64,000 nucleotides of DNA, taken from assembly GCA_964187785.1 (NCBI GenBank), contig OZ076415.1, positions 68,262,001 through 68,326,000 on the forward strand. Reading direction: 5' to 3'. Within the stretch, counting starts at the first letter, position 1; every line of letters starts with the position of its first letter. The stretch comes from Amphiscolops sp. MND2022 (Eukaryota). The notes under the pieces are model-generated. The model had not been told where the DNA came from and did not search any database. It was given only the letters and a program-made list of their open reading frames with translations. The position numbers and the translations under genes are program-made. Shown here piece after piece: positions 1 through 13,578 of this stretch.

Positions 1-356
1 AAGGAAGTTTCAGGAAATGCAAACTAGTCTAAATTCTCAGATATTGGATGTTATAAACACTGCAATTGACACTAGGGTGCTTCCCAGCATCGAAAATGCT
101 GTTAGGAGACAGAATTCAGCGAAAAACACAAGTTTAGACCTTCGGTCAGATGGACTGCATGAAGATACTGCCGCCCCAGGAAATTCTCAGAAGGACCTTC
201 GGTCAAATAGACTGCATCCAGAAAATACCAGCAAATCGTACCAGGATGCTCAGAATGAGTTTCCGAGGTTAATTTCAATCAAAAATAACCAAACAAATCA
301 TCGCAGAGAGAATTCATGTGATTCTCAAGTTAGTGACGATGAATATGGTTATGACA
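1..356 (+). mobile_element. 3' end of an LTR carrying an ORF (LTR-A); 5' part outside the window
   Basis: ORF 17..379 resembles the ORF in LTR-D (LNSQILDVINTAIDTRVLPSI vs VSSQIQRAINEAISDQILPQ). Ends TATGACA at 356, like the other LTR ends here. TSD cannot be checked. Confidence 0.6.
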
Positions 357-734
357 GTGCTGAAACCCTAAAACGCTAGCATAGGGCACATTGGTGAATA
401 GTGCCCACGGAGAACCACAGCTCGAGGGCTGGATGGACTGTTGCATTTATTTGTTGTTACTTTACATTGTTGTAGTACTTAGATTTCGTATGCTCGAGAG
501 GTGCCTTGTTTGAAATTTACCTAATCTCTGTATGTCATTAAATTGACCTTTCGGTGTTAATGAATCCAGTTTTTAGGAGCTAATTAGGCGGTGGTCTTGA
601 GGACGAAGGCAAGCAATATACCCTTTAATTGTTTTTTGTAGCAATAACAGACTAGATTAAGGCTGGTGAGCGTCCCAAAAGACACCCCCCCAGGGACAGG
701 TACCATGCGGGTAAAAATGAGGTAGTATACAGGG

Positions 735-2199
735 TGTTGGAGTCACAGCGCTGCGATGGAGCCGTGGAGCAACTTTAAGCAAGCAGAAGGCAGCAGAACC
801 CACCTAAACTTGAAAAAAAACTTATTTTGTTTTGTACTTCATTTTAAGTTTTGTAACTATTTCATATTTTTCTCACTTTAAAACCTTATAAGTTGATCTT
901 TGTTCCAAATTGGTGATTTACATGTTGCTTTATTACGAAGATTTAAAATTTTAGATTATGTCACCTTTAAATGATCTAACTTTGGAGATACTACATCTCT
1001 ACCATTGTCATTGTGAAGTAATTAACACTTTGCTTACTACCATTATTCGGCATCATGATGTTTAAGGACTGCTGCATATACGCCATGATGCATTTTTCTA
1101 CAATATCATGCGGTATTATACAATTTAAAGACTAACGTCTATACGGCAATATGTGTTTTATGATGAAAGTAATTATGCGACATCCTACGGTTTACCAAAC
1201 AACGTATAGGCTTCACTGTGCGTTGTTGCTTAGAATAATAACGTCATGTAGCTTTATTGTTATGTGCTTTCAAATTACATTCGGAATACCTTTCAGTGCG
1301 GTGTGCTATGATGTGTTTGTAGGGTCCTGCAGACCTGTTAGTCAAATTTTGAATGTCAAGAAAAATGCTATAAATATATATGTATTGACGTCTTCATGAC
1401 GTAATTCTATTTTTGTGTATGACTACCTTCAAAAAAGAGCGTCATGTTTTCAGTTTTGAGACCAAACGTGCGCTAGGAAAATCATTCTTTCACGAATCTA
1501 TCGTCTCCAAGTGCATTTGCCCGATAGATGAATTCTTTTCAACATTTCATTTCTTCAATGGATCTTTGATTTGCTCTAAACAACTGTGCAGAATTCAACT
1601 TTATTCCACCACAAAACTCCATTTTCTCTTGAGGAAAAGTGGGAAACAAGCGGAATAGACGGTCTAGAAAACTAGAAACACTATCTCCAGAGAGGGAAGT
1701 GAACAATACCCAAGTCGAAACGCCTAATACAGGTAACGAGACTGTCACTAATTTTAATGTTAATGTTCAAGAAGGTTTAGGTGAGGGCAATTCTGAAAAT
1801 CAACTAACTGAGCCCTGTCAGATTAGCAACGAAATACAAGTTTGGACTTAAAAATTTGAACAGAAAAACAAGGACAGGATCATGAAAATGAGAAGAAATG
1901 GACAATAAGTTAGAAACCATTCTAAAAGAACTTAGAAGTAACAAAAATGCATTAACAACCTCGCATTCTAGGTCTGAAACGATAGAAACACTCTCAACCT
2001 TCGAGATCCAAGACAGATAGGTCTTATAGGAGTTCGCGCATCAAACGCTGAAAATTCAGACTCTGAAAACGTAGATTTTCCTCTCGGGCCCACTGAAATA
2101 AAAATATCAGACATGGTGCTAAACCTTTGTATAGAAGCGAGTTAGATCTAGATCCTACAATAGTTTCAAATGAGGACTCAGAGGAAGAGGATTATCACA
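735..2199 (+). mobile_element. Solo LTR (LTR-B), 1465 bp, with decayed ORF in its 3' third
   Basis: TG at 735 and CA at 2198-2199, flanked by CAGGG (730-734 and 2200-2204). Start motif TGCGATG..CCGT.G.GCAAC and catcctacggt shared with LTR-C. ORF remnant MGNKRNRRSRKLETLSPERE...EEEDYH (1639-2198) with stops and frameshifts. Confidence 0.85.
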
Positions 2200-2800
2200 C
2201 AGGGACTGTCAGTCCCGGACATAATGTTTTCGTACTAGTCCCTGTTTGTTCGAGTACTAGTCCCGTTTCTGCAAAAATCAGCAAAACACCTCAAAACTTA
2301 CTTTTGTCTCTGTAGTTCAGAAGTACGCAGTTGGTTCAACAAGTCTCTGCTGTGTTGTTTACTAAGTTATGCTAATTCTTTTTCTCTGTGTTAATGGTCT
2401 GCTACTCGAGGAAACTGGGGCTTTGCAAATTCCAAATTTGGGTTTGTGCAAACGAAAAGTCCAAGAAAATGTTCTGCTTGCGTTACTTTTCATATTTCAC
2501 GTTATTTTAGATAGGTAAGATTGATAATTTGTGAAAGTTGGACTCAGCGGGGTTCTCACCTCAGACTACCATTTGCCACCGGTGGAAACCAGTTTGCCGC
2601 TTTCAACACTGGTCCAACTGTGTCCATCGGTGGTCTCAACGCTATGGTTTTCATCGGAAACCCACTGAAAAAAAGTCAATTTTACAACCGAGCTAGTTTT
2701 ACAACACAGTTAAAAATGAGAAGTACTAGTCCCACATACTGAAGTACATAGTTCCGGCCCCTTCAACAGTCTACTCCTATTTAATTTCAGAGCAGTACTG
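2200..2800. repeat. Unclassified repeat with GTACTAGTCCC motifs (target of LTR-B); related segment near 6790-6900
   Basis: gaagtacatagttccggccccttcaacagtct (about 2741-2772) matches gaagtacatagtcccgccccttataacagtct (about 6840-6872). Confidence 0.4.
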
Positions 2801-2860
2801 ACATCTGATGGACTCAGAATGAGATTGAATGGATTGTATTTGAGGACTCTTGTTGGTACC

Positions 2861-5800
2861 TGTCATGAGTACTCTCTAGGTCTTCATTTCTGTTTGGAAA
2901 CCTATGACACGCATCTCTAGAGTTGCTCCTAAACCTGTGATCCAAGCCTTCTTCGGATCTGCATTCCAGTCTTCAAGCCGGGACTTCCCATCTTCTCTCA
3001 GGCATGTGTCCTTGTCCGGATTTTAGAGTAGCTTGTCTCTGGGGCAATATTTGATCACTAATTGCCTCATTTATGGCTCTCTGAATCTGGGAACTTACTG
3101 TGCTCATGAGATCACTCATTTCCATGGTAATTCTTTGATTTAGCTCTTCTGACAACCTGTTAAACTCACTGTCTGAATATGCTTCTCTCCAACTTCGACC
3201 TTTTTGGGCGTAAGTCTTATTTTCTGTTTTATGAGAATTAGATTGAGAATTGCTATTTTTATTCGGCAACATGTTATTACTGGGACTTTCAGGCCTTCTA
3301 CCATAATTATTAGGTTTCGTTCTCGTCCCTTTCTAAATGATTTCCACCTTACATTACATCGAGATTCTCGATATCAGACAACATATCTGCTTCCCTAAAC
3401 TTTCTTGCTTTCTTTTGCTTTCTTGTAGTAGGCATCAAGAAACCCGATAGTAACGATTAAATTATTTTATCGGAAAGTTATTGTGATAATAATGTATTGT
3501 TATATCTACGTCTGACTCATTCTGGAATAATGGTTTTGCAGGATGTTTTAAGTCCTTCATTTCTGGAGCTCTAAGACAATAATCGTCGCTTTCAGAGTCT
3601 GGGTTTTCGTTGTTAGATGCGTGAACTCCTATAGACTTGTCCATTTTGGATCCCGAAGTTTGTGGATCTTGTATTTCGTTAACATCTGACCTTGGATTTG
3701 TCACCATTGATACACTTTTGTTGGATTTTATCTCTTTCAGAATTGCCTCTAATTTGTTATCCATTTCTGCTCTCATCTTTTCTATTCTCTCAGTATTTGT
3801 TTGTTCAACAATTTGTGTCCAAATTTGTATCTCATCACTAATTTGGCTAGACTCTTTCATTAATTCAAATTAGAATTAGTTAAAGTTCTATTACCTGTTT
3901 CTGGTGAATCAACCCTAGTTCCACTGGTTCCTCCTTCGGTTTCTCCTTTTTCCCATTTCGCTCAGTGGAAAACAAGTTTTGTTTGCTGCGGAAGAATTTG
4001 AATTATCTTTTCAAATTGGATATCCAAATATGGAAAGACAATGAAAACTGAAGAAATGTTAACAAAGCCTGAGAGGGTTGTAGAAATTATAACAATTCCT
4101 CTTGACGGGAGTGGTTTTGTTCCGAACCTTGCTTTTTACGGATTCTCTTTTCAAAAATCACAAAAGTGTGACAAGCATTTTTACAAATATCATAGAATTG
4201 TGAAAAAAACCAAAAATAGAATAGCGTCAGCTTTACGTAATTCTATTTATATCGCTTCCACAATGATGCAAATAAAATTAAATAGTTCAAAGACCCTAGA
4301 AAAACACTGTAGAATGACATTTTTAACACCGTAAATGCTGTGATGATGTATAACTACATGACAATCGGATACTGCACTTTTGGCTGAATAACGTATAATA
4401 CCGCATATTCGTTATATCTTGAACCGTAGGATGGCGTATGACGCATATGAACATTCTTATCAAAAAAGGACAAAAATATATTTACAGTACAAGTCAATCC
4501 GTATGATAGCTTGCAGATTTTTTAAGAAAAGCGTTTGGTGACGTATGTCCGTCACGGTACAAACCGCATGACCATGTATGATGATATTGATGAAAATGTA
4601 TGTTACCGCGAATTCTGATCATCTAAAAACGCATATTGACGCATTATTAAAAAACGTATGATGACGCATATTCTAAAGATTAATTTACGCCCAATGGCGT
4701 ATATTCGTAAGACCAATTTATGTATAATGACGCTTTTTTGGTACTTGCAAAACACTCATTGATGCTTATTCGTTGTTCTAATTGTAGAATGACTACGCAT
4801 AATGGAAATTCAAAGTCACAGATTGATCATTCTAATGTAATCTTTTGCACGTGTTATATTTATGAATGAGGTTTCTATGAGCAAGGCAACTTTGGAGGAC
4901 CTAGAAACAGGCCCAAAAATGGATTTATTGCGAAAAATAAACAAAAGTTTACATGACAATGCAAAAGCATCCACAAGATGAATTTTAATGAAGTTTGAAG
5001 TGTTTTTTCATTGAGATTCTTCGAGCGTTCCTTTTTCATAGTTGCACTACGGAATCATCGCATCTAGACAGATGCGACAGTTATGTTTTAATCAACGTTT
5101 TTAACACTTTCAAGTTCGGAGAAAATTGCCTTAAGCACAAGGAGTCAGAAGTATATATATTCCTTGAGGCATGACATTCAAAGTTTTTAGAGATCATGAG
5201 ATCAACATTTTAACAACCATCAATTCCCAGCATCACAAGATTGCCATATATCAAAGTAGTGAAGGTATTTGAGCTGTTATGGACACAAACATTTCAAAAT
5301 GTTTACGTATTAAGATCATATGAATACAAATAACATCAACACTTCAAAGTTTTACCGCGCTCTAGCACCCTAAAAGTGCATTCCTTAGCAGCCACGTGCT
5401 CACACGTGTGGTTAGAGGGTCATCCAAGTCAACGTGATTTTACAATATTACATGAAATTAGCCTGATCCGGCCACTTTATACATGAATATTGTATGACAT
5501 CTATCTAACAAAACATACAAACTTATCGATTAAAATTAACCATCGATAATTAGCAACTAAAAGCAACTAATATGTGCGAAAATAATGGTTGACCATCAAA
5601 AGTACTAAAATTATCAGTATCAACTAATTACAAGAGTAATTAGTATTACTGCAGCATATTACAAGAAAATAGCCGGAACCGCCCAATTGACCGCTGTTCC
5701 TTTTATGTATTGCACAGAAGCGTCAAAAGGCTTTACTCGGCCATTAGCATTAAAGTACTCAATTAACATAGCTAATGGTGAAATATGGTTGGTTCGAACA

Positions 5801-6153
5801 ACGTGCGCAAGTAACGTCGCCGGAATAGCACTTTGTCTCATTCGAATTCGTTTCCTTTACTGTTGATCAGTTGTATTCAAAGTTCTATTGCTTCACGTAT
5901 TTAGTACTGCTTTGCCAATTTGACCCTCAACATGAACATTTCCATTTGAATGTTAACAGACTAATAACAAAGCAAACTAGAACATGTTGGTACTACAAAA
6001 GAGTAATTAACAATGTGAAAATGAGCTAGGGTTCTGTCTAATTAAATGTGTGTCTGTGTCTTAATTTAGAAAGTTCGTGATGTACCGGGTGCGATTTCTT
6101 GTCCTTCAGCCGTAGTACTATTGTCGTGCCGTCATAGGCGGCAGGCTGCGACA
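2861..6153 (-). mobile_element. Solo LTR (LTR-D), about 1690 bp after removing nested LTR-C
   Basis: TG at 2861 and CA at 6152-6153, flanked by GTACC (2856-2860 and 6154-6158). Minus-strand start TGTCGCA is the same as LTR-C. ORF 3272->2862 (SSQIQRAINEAISDQILPQ...DLESTHD) has one internal stop. Confidence 0.8.
3482..5079 (-). mobile_element. Solo LTR (LTR-C), 1598 bp, nested inside LTR-D
   Basis: TG at 3482 and CA at 5078-5079, flanked by GTTAT (3477-3481 and 5080-5084). ORF remnant MGKRRNRR...SQISDEIQIWTQIVEQ...KMRAEMDNKLEAILKEIK...HYYH is homologous to those in LTR-B and LTR-E. Confidence 0.85.
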
Positions 6154-7526
6154 GTACCGCGTATTTCGAAGCAGCAAATTGGGCAGTTTACCAATAAGTT
6201 TACCAAATCATCAAATTTCATTTCCCCAAATGATTTTCTTTTGGTTTTTTCAAAATTATGTGAGAAAAAGCTCTCTTGAGCTCGAATGGTTCCCATTTGT
6301 GCGTTTTTCGGCCATGTGCGACATTTCGGGAAAAATTTTAAATTGAACCCAAGTGTCTCACTTTTGCTGTTTTGTTTTTTCTTCAGTCAAGAAAAAGCCC
6401 TTTTAAGCACTAAGGTTGTTTTTCGGCGGTATACAATTCTCTATCCTCGATTAGTTTTCGATAAAAATTTTTGGAAAATGTTCCAATGCAAAAACGAAGA
6501 TTTATTCTTTGGGATTTTCTTGATAAACAGATGCATGTTCCTTATCATTAAGTTAAATAACTGGGCTGGAATAAATTTAGGCAGCCTTGGAGAGAATACC
6601 AAGAACGAGATAAAAAGGTAAATAACCCCAGGGGCGGGATACTACCCTAGTCTATTCCTTGTAACCCTGGTTGAACTTCACGACGCGGGGTCTCAAAACA
6701 ATTAGCATGATTTTTTCCAGGAATGTAAACTGGAATAATCTTATCTAACACTTTTTGGCTACATGTAATTACAAGGTCCCCTAAGACCTAATAGCAGTAC
6801 AACACAGCCAAAAATGGGAAGTACTTGCTGCAAGTACCGAAGTACATAGTCCCGCCCCTTTTATAACAGTCTTTCCCCCACTTTATCTGGGAGCACTAAT
6901 ACCAGCTGCACTCCTAGACTGAGATTTTTCAAATAGGCTAATACGAACACCAAAGCCTTGCAGTACCCTGAACTAAGTAATTGCTAATTTCTATTTACGA
7001 TGTAAATGTTGCAAAAAACGTAGTGAATAAAAAGAATTGAGGTAGACTGTTTTGATTGGATGAATTGAGTAAGAAGCTACTATACTGTCCCTATTCAAAG
7101 GGGTGGGGGCTGACTATTAAGCCTTTTATCAGTTTTTTTTAATTTTTTCAATTTTATACCACTTTAGACATATCAAAGGTTTTGAGTTTCTTTTAATAGA
7201 AAGACATATCTTTTCTTGGTTGTATTAAATTTCTAAACCGCTCAATGCATGTTTTCCCTGGCTTTTTGAAACTAATTATATGCGGGTCTCATTTCATTTT
7301 TCATTGAATGTTATGCGATAGTCACAAAGAGAAATGCCTTGGACACATATAAATCAAGGATGTTTGTTGATGAAATCAGCTGTTCATTGTACTTTAAAAC
7401 TAGTCTGACTCTATTCAATTTTTAGCCAGCGCTTTTCGAAGAAAAGAGCCGACTATAACAGTGGCTTTTTAAATATATCTGCAAACTTTCTATGGTTATG
7501 GTTACTTAGTTAGCTTAGCAACTTCT

Positions 7527-8135
7527 AACAAGACGGGAACGTCTAAAATCGGCGCTATATCTAAGGCTCAAAAAGCGCAATGTTGTTGAACCTGTAAAAG
7601 GGGGGGCCCTTCGGGCCTTTTGAAAATCCAGTTTGTTGCAAAATATCAAATAAATTAAAGGGGGACCCTTTGGAGACAAAAAAAATCGAAAATTTTTCAA
7701 GAAAAAATCGAATTTTTTTTCAATTTTCGAAACAAAAACGAAACATGAGAATTTTGAACAGTCTCATAGTGCCGAAATACGCAAAAGGGAAGACGCTTTG
7801 GGCTTTTGGGCACTTTAGTTTGCTCCAAAATATCATAAAAAACTTGAAGGTGGGACCCTTTCAAGGCAAAAAAAAATTCGAAAAAAAGTCGCACAGTGCC
7901 GAAAAAAATTGAATGAGGGATCCTTCAGTCTCGTCCGTTTTCGCAAATGCTCGAAAAACTTTCCGGCTAAAGCAAGGAATCGAACTCGTGACCGCTGGGT
8001 TCACCGTAAACCGAGTAAAGTCTGTACTTAAAAGTGGTACATACACAATGAGGTCTGTGGTCTGACGAAAAAAAAGAAAACAAACTAGCCACTGTAATGG
8101 TCGGGCTCTTTTCACTAGAAAACGCCGACTAAAAA
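7527..8135 (+). repeat. Modular interspersed repeat family X (GTCGGCGC subterminal repeat, AAGGGGGACCC units, terminal hairpin)
   Basis: Starts ...aaatcggcgctatatctaaggctcaaaa and ends gtcgggctcttttcactagaaaacgccgactaaaa. Same ends at 31830, 51253 and 63445. B-box-like GAGTTCGATTCC on the minus strand at about 7976-7988. Confidence 0.75.
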
Positions 8136-11100
8136 CCACTTGGCCTAAAGGTTGAGCTGGATTTCTGAGAAGGTCTGAGACGCGGTCAAAGAAGCAGGCG
8201 TATTTTTTTGCACTTTAGACGTGTCCGAAGTAATAATTATCATTTTTTAAATTCAATTTTTGATGTTTCCATTTGGGATAAAAAGCTTTTCGAGTCTTAT
8301 GCCTTTACCTTCAAGTATTTTTCGGCACAGTAATTTTGCAATTATTAACAATAGTGAAATTACAATTTTGCAAAATTATTCACAATAGTGTTTTTTTTGC
8401 ATATTCAAAAGGATGATTGTTAAACATTGTTAAAAACAGCTTGTTAAACATGGCTGTGTGATTTGAGGGTGAAAGTGTGTCTCGATAACTACCCGGGGTG
8501 ATTCTCCATGCAAGCCGACTACCACCACGCAAAAATCTTAGCAGTGATCGTGCCACGATTCGTACTACGATTAGCGTGATATAGTAGTAAGATTGTGCTA
8601 CGAAGCGTATGATAACCTTCGTACAAAGTGTCACGTTAGAAACTCAAAAGAATCATTCCTACACTTTCTAGCGTACTTAGGCGAATACCATAAGTATAAT
8701 CCACCAGTTTGGTTGACCTGTTCGAACATTTGAAAAATTCGAAGTTTGGCAGGCTCAACTGGTAGCTAAAATCTGCCGCGAAGACGGTAAACGACGAGAA
8801 AACCTCCCCCAACCGAGAGAGTGTAGATGAACTGCAGAAAAACCCCGAAAAAAGGCACCAAAGACATTCGTGACGGTGTACAGTGAAAAAACGTCACGCC
8901 GGAAGGCTATTCCCCGAAGAATACCGAAACGTGTCAGAAAAGACTCACAACTGTCATACAGACTACGTTCAAAATCCGGAATTCGCTGAAATTTGGTACC
9001 AGGTGCGATATTTGTGAATATTCTACGTTGTTAGTACAGATATTCAAAGATATGGTGATGTTGGACCTGCTAGGTCCCAATTTCACATCAAATTTTGTCA
9101 ACAGAATGTATTTAAGCTAATTGCCGTTTTTGGACCTCGGAAGTTTGTAGGAAGTCGCAGGAAACTTAGAAATAGTTTTGACGTGCTGTGTGAATGCTTT
9201 TTACGGAGCTCTAAATGTGGGGAGCCTCCTTGTCGGTTGAAAGTCCCCTTATGAGACCCTTTGATGGAGAAAAACTAGACTCTAGGGTTGTGGTAAGGCC
9301 ATGGTCTCCTGTCTCAGCAACCTGGGGAATGTGCCGGCTCTAGAACGTACGCTGCTAGCTTGACGTTACAATGCAAACTAGCAGTATGATTTTGAAATAA
9401 ATCAAACTTCTTAAAATGGTTTCCAAACAGCGGAGACGGCCCCACAATTCAAAGCTGTCACTCCATGAAGAGTTCGTCTACCGTGTTAAATCATAGCAAT
9501 TGACCGCGCTATACTCTCAAGTGCCTAATTGCTAAAATATACTTCTGAATAAGTTCACTTATTTTGGACAAGTTCAAATTTCAAGATGATTTACAATTGA
9601 ATTTTGATGTGCTCAAAGTAAATAAAAAGACTTTTGCAACATAAAGGTGACTTTTAATGAGATGAATATGTTGTGCAATATCATTGTAAGGCTCTATTGT
9701 TTACCGTAAGAGAAATCTTAGGAAAATGCAGTTCCGTAGAGCTATTCGTACTAAGAGCCATAAAACGAGCTCCATGATTTATTCGATTTTGCTACGATCT
9801 TACTACGATAAGATAATCGTGCCGTGAGGTTCAACATGTGCAGCAGTCACCAATCTGTTTTCGAATACATGACCCGCACAAGTTCTTTACAGAGACCTCT
9901 CAATTGTTTGAAGGTCAGAGGTTTTCGAATTAAAAAGAAATAAAAAAACGATTTTAACGGCCAATTTTCACCTGAAAATTAGTAAATTTCATTTTCTGCA
10001 AATCTGGTATTCACTATTGAACTGGTGGGAAATTGAGAAAAATAGCCCTTGATTAGAACGGTTCATTCTCAGAGAAACACTACCAGGTTTCTATGAATCG
10101 CAGTAATCAAAAATGCTAAATAGTTCCAGTCGGCTTCAATTTCAAAGATTTTTGAAGAAAAATTTCTCGTGAAAAACTAAGGAAAAAGCTCAGAAAACTT
10201 CAGGTTGTTTGCTTTTGTTCACCCTCCAACCTTCTCAAAAACAAAATTTTGAAGGTCACTTTTCGAAGTAAAATTTTGCAAGCCCAGACTCATTACTGTT
10301 TTGTTATAAAATTTGTTTCATCGAAACTTTCCTTGCGTGAGAATTCGTAGCCAATATATCTTTAATTGACAATTCATGAAGTGACTTTTCGTCGTTTTGT
10401 TTTTTTTGCATTCTTTGCGGTCGAAGTTTTACAAAAGTTCTATAACATACCTTATCTAAATAACACTAAAATGTTTCAAAGGGTCGTCCTCTGAAATTTC
10501 TAAGCATCTGAAAAATCTAAATAATAATTTTCACTTTCAGCCTCCCTATTCGCAATTTTTCAATTGGGCATTTGCACTTTTAAAATAGCTGTAGAGCTTA
10601 AAAAATGGGTTCCACCCAAAATTTTCAATGAACAGCAATCAATGAGTTGAAGTTTTTTAAAAATATTTGCAAAAACTTCCACTTCGCAATTGAACTTCGT
10701 TTTTTTTCATGTAATTAGTAATTAGTAAAGAAGATTCCTAGTTTGGTAGTCCCATAACCGATGTAGAAAGAACCTTCTGCACTGATTTTGGTAAAAGTGT
10801 TGGAAAGTGTCGTTGGCAAAAATTATTGATTGACCGCTTTGAAAAGAAATAATCAAGTCACCAATCCGGTGCATTCTGTTTCTTTTCAATTTCCGTTGAA
10901 TAAGGTGACATTTTTGAAAGTGATACCATATAATGTCATAATCTCTTCTTCAAATCCTTCTTAGACTCTTTCCCGAATTGATATGTGATGTAAGTCATCT
11001 TTTTTTCCTCGTATGGATCAGATGCTTAAAATTTAATGCAGGGAATCAACCGAGACACCCGTGGAAATAGGAGGAAGATATTCCGAAAATGTGTTTTTCA

Positions 11101-12559
11101 AATGTTTTTTCAAATATTTCATTGGTTATAGAGAACTTGGGAATTGGATCTTTTCTGTTAATCACCCCCGTTTCAGTTGAACGGTCAAGTGAAATTATCA
11201 TTGAATTGATAGCAACAACCAATCAAATTGCACTATTTTACAACTCTAACTGCCACTGAAACTGATCGCTGATACTGGGGGGAATTAAAATTTTCGCGCT
11301 TACTGCGGGGGAATTAACATAAGATCCGAAATTTTTGAGGATAGTTCACAATCCCATAACCCAAGTGGAACTGAGCCAACTCACTTAAAAAAAGCTTTCC
11401 AATGCAGTCCATTTGGGAGTTGGCAGTTAGTTAGACTGGGAGTTGGCGCCATTTCTTGGGATGAGAGCGCCACACCGGCTTCGCGGGCACGGCTTCGCCT
11501 GGCCTTTCAAATGCCGGTCGAACTCTCAGCTGAAGCTTCATTGAAAAAGCTTCTATATGCGTTTTCAACGGTAGCAAACTGTGTTACTAGATACGTGTTA
11601 CGAGTTTGCTTGACTAATTCACACGTCCTTCACGTTACAGATTTCAGGTTGAAAAGTTTTTTTGACAGGTTTCCACTTTTCTCTAATTCCGCTCAATGAT
11701 CTTAATCCGCAATTTGTTATTACACTGTGCCTCAAAATCCGCAATTAACTCGATGCACTGTTTGACTGGAATATGGTTCGCTCTCGTTTTACGGAAAATA
11801 CACCTTACACTTGATGATAAATTCCACTTTTGCGGCATATGTATCGTAATGGTGTTAAGGAGCAAAGGCTAATTTTCTGAAAAACTTATTTTGCAATTTC
11901 TCACATTTTTCTAGTACTTTTTTGCCTGTGGTTCGAACAACAAACTATACTGACACAAATAACAACTCGCCTCAGAGAGTGCAATAGATTCTCGATAAGA
12001 AAGACAAATTTTTGTTTTCCTGTATGCTTTTTTTATTGTGAAATGAATTGCTGTCCTCGTTTGAGAACGAAATCACTGTCGAGTTTTTGGCAGCCCGGAT
12101 CTGTGAATTCACACGGCTCCTGTACAAATAGTTTCTTATATGAATCAATAACATCTGCGGTCGCCATGATTTGGACTCTCATAAAATTGAATAAAATCTT
12201 CTGAACAAAATACTAACTTCAAAACTTTTACAGCAAAATTTATTAATTTTTGTTGATTACAGGTATTTTTCTTTGAAAATTCCAAAGTCAACATCGAAGT
12301 ATTTGGAAACTATGCCTTTCTACTGAATTTTCCCCTCGCTTAGCCAGTTCAAATTCCAACAGTTTCGAGCCCTGAAAACTTTTTTTTGAAACTCACTCAA
12401 AAATTTTTAAATGAAACTCACTTAAGCAAGACAGTGCAGAAAAAAACCTGACTGCATTGGGTTAAGATAGGGCAAAAACTTCAGTTTCGAGAAAACTCAT
12501 ATAAGTATAGTGCAGAAAGGACTCAAGCTTTCAAAAAATACGTACCTCTGAGTACCTCC

Positions 12560-13218
12560 TCAATCACTTTTTAAAATACCATTCTGGTATCAACTGTGTC
12601 TTCTAATTTTTATTTCCATTATCCGATAAAGAATTTCAACACTGTCTTTGCACTGTAAACTTGTTTTCACTTGAGAGAATTTGGGAATAGACGTAATAGA
12701 AGGTCCAGAAAAATAGAAACTCCGTCCCCGGAAAGGGGAACAAACGACACTCAAGTAGAAACCCAAACCCAGGTTATATGACTTCAATATTGAATTCGAA
12801 GATCAAGGGAATTTAGGAGAAAACAACCTGGGTTCGCAAATGACTGAACCTAATCCAATTAGTAACGAAATCCCAGGGTAGACCCAAATTTCGCGAGCAA
12901 AAGAACAACGGCAGGATCGGGAAAATGAGACAAGAGATGGAAGATAAATTTGAAGCAATTCTTGAGGAAGTAAGATCCGACGAGAGCACTTCAACAATGA
13001 TAAATCCTGTGTCTGAAATCAACGAAATACAAAATTAACAACCAAGGGGATCTAAAAATGAAAATTCTCTGAGAGGTCACGCACCAGACAACGAAAATAT
13101 TGATTCAAAAATGAAGATTATCCTCTTAGGGCTTCAGTAAAGCCATTGTTTCTAAATGAACTAGATATTAACGATACTGTAATCATAAATGAAAACCCTA
13201 ATGGAGAGGAATATCACA
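12560..13218 (+). mobile_element. 5'-truncated LTR (LTR-E), same family as LTR-B and LTR-C
   Basis: Translates in pieces to GNRRNRRSRKIETPSPER...KMRQEMEDKFEAILEEVR...ENPNGEEYH and ends TATCACA at 13218. No matching TSD found; left boundary approximate. Confidence 0.7.
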
Positions 13219-13578
13219 GTGTGCATAATGGAGTTTATGAAATTCATTTATTTTCTTTCTTTGTTGGTCAACAATTTTGCTGTCGATTATTAGCACCAGC
13301 TGTCACCTTTTGATACTGATATAAATTTTGCGTGTTTTCATGTTCGCGTTTTACCGGGCGAAAAAAAAGTGGGCTTAATTGGTGATTCGGAAAAGCTACC
13401 TTCAAAGAGTCCCCTTTTTGGCCTCATTGAATTACCCAGGAGGCAAAATGAACACTTTGGAGTGATTGATACCAAGTGTGAATGGGGAAAAGCGCGTTGG
13501 TAATAATGCGTGATCAAAAGTTCTTGGAGCATTTTCGGGAAAGCCAAGATTTCTCTAATCCCGGAGCGAATCAGTTGG

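Noticed and set aside
5659-5841. 60-aa minus ORF that looked exon-like
   Set aside because: Lies inside the TSD-bounded LTR-D and has no recognisable motif.
11470-11510. GC-rich hairpin resembling a Helitron 3' end
   Set aside because: No matching 5' end, CTRR terminus or coding remnant identified.
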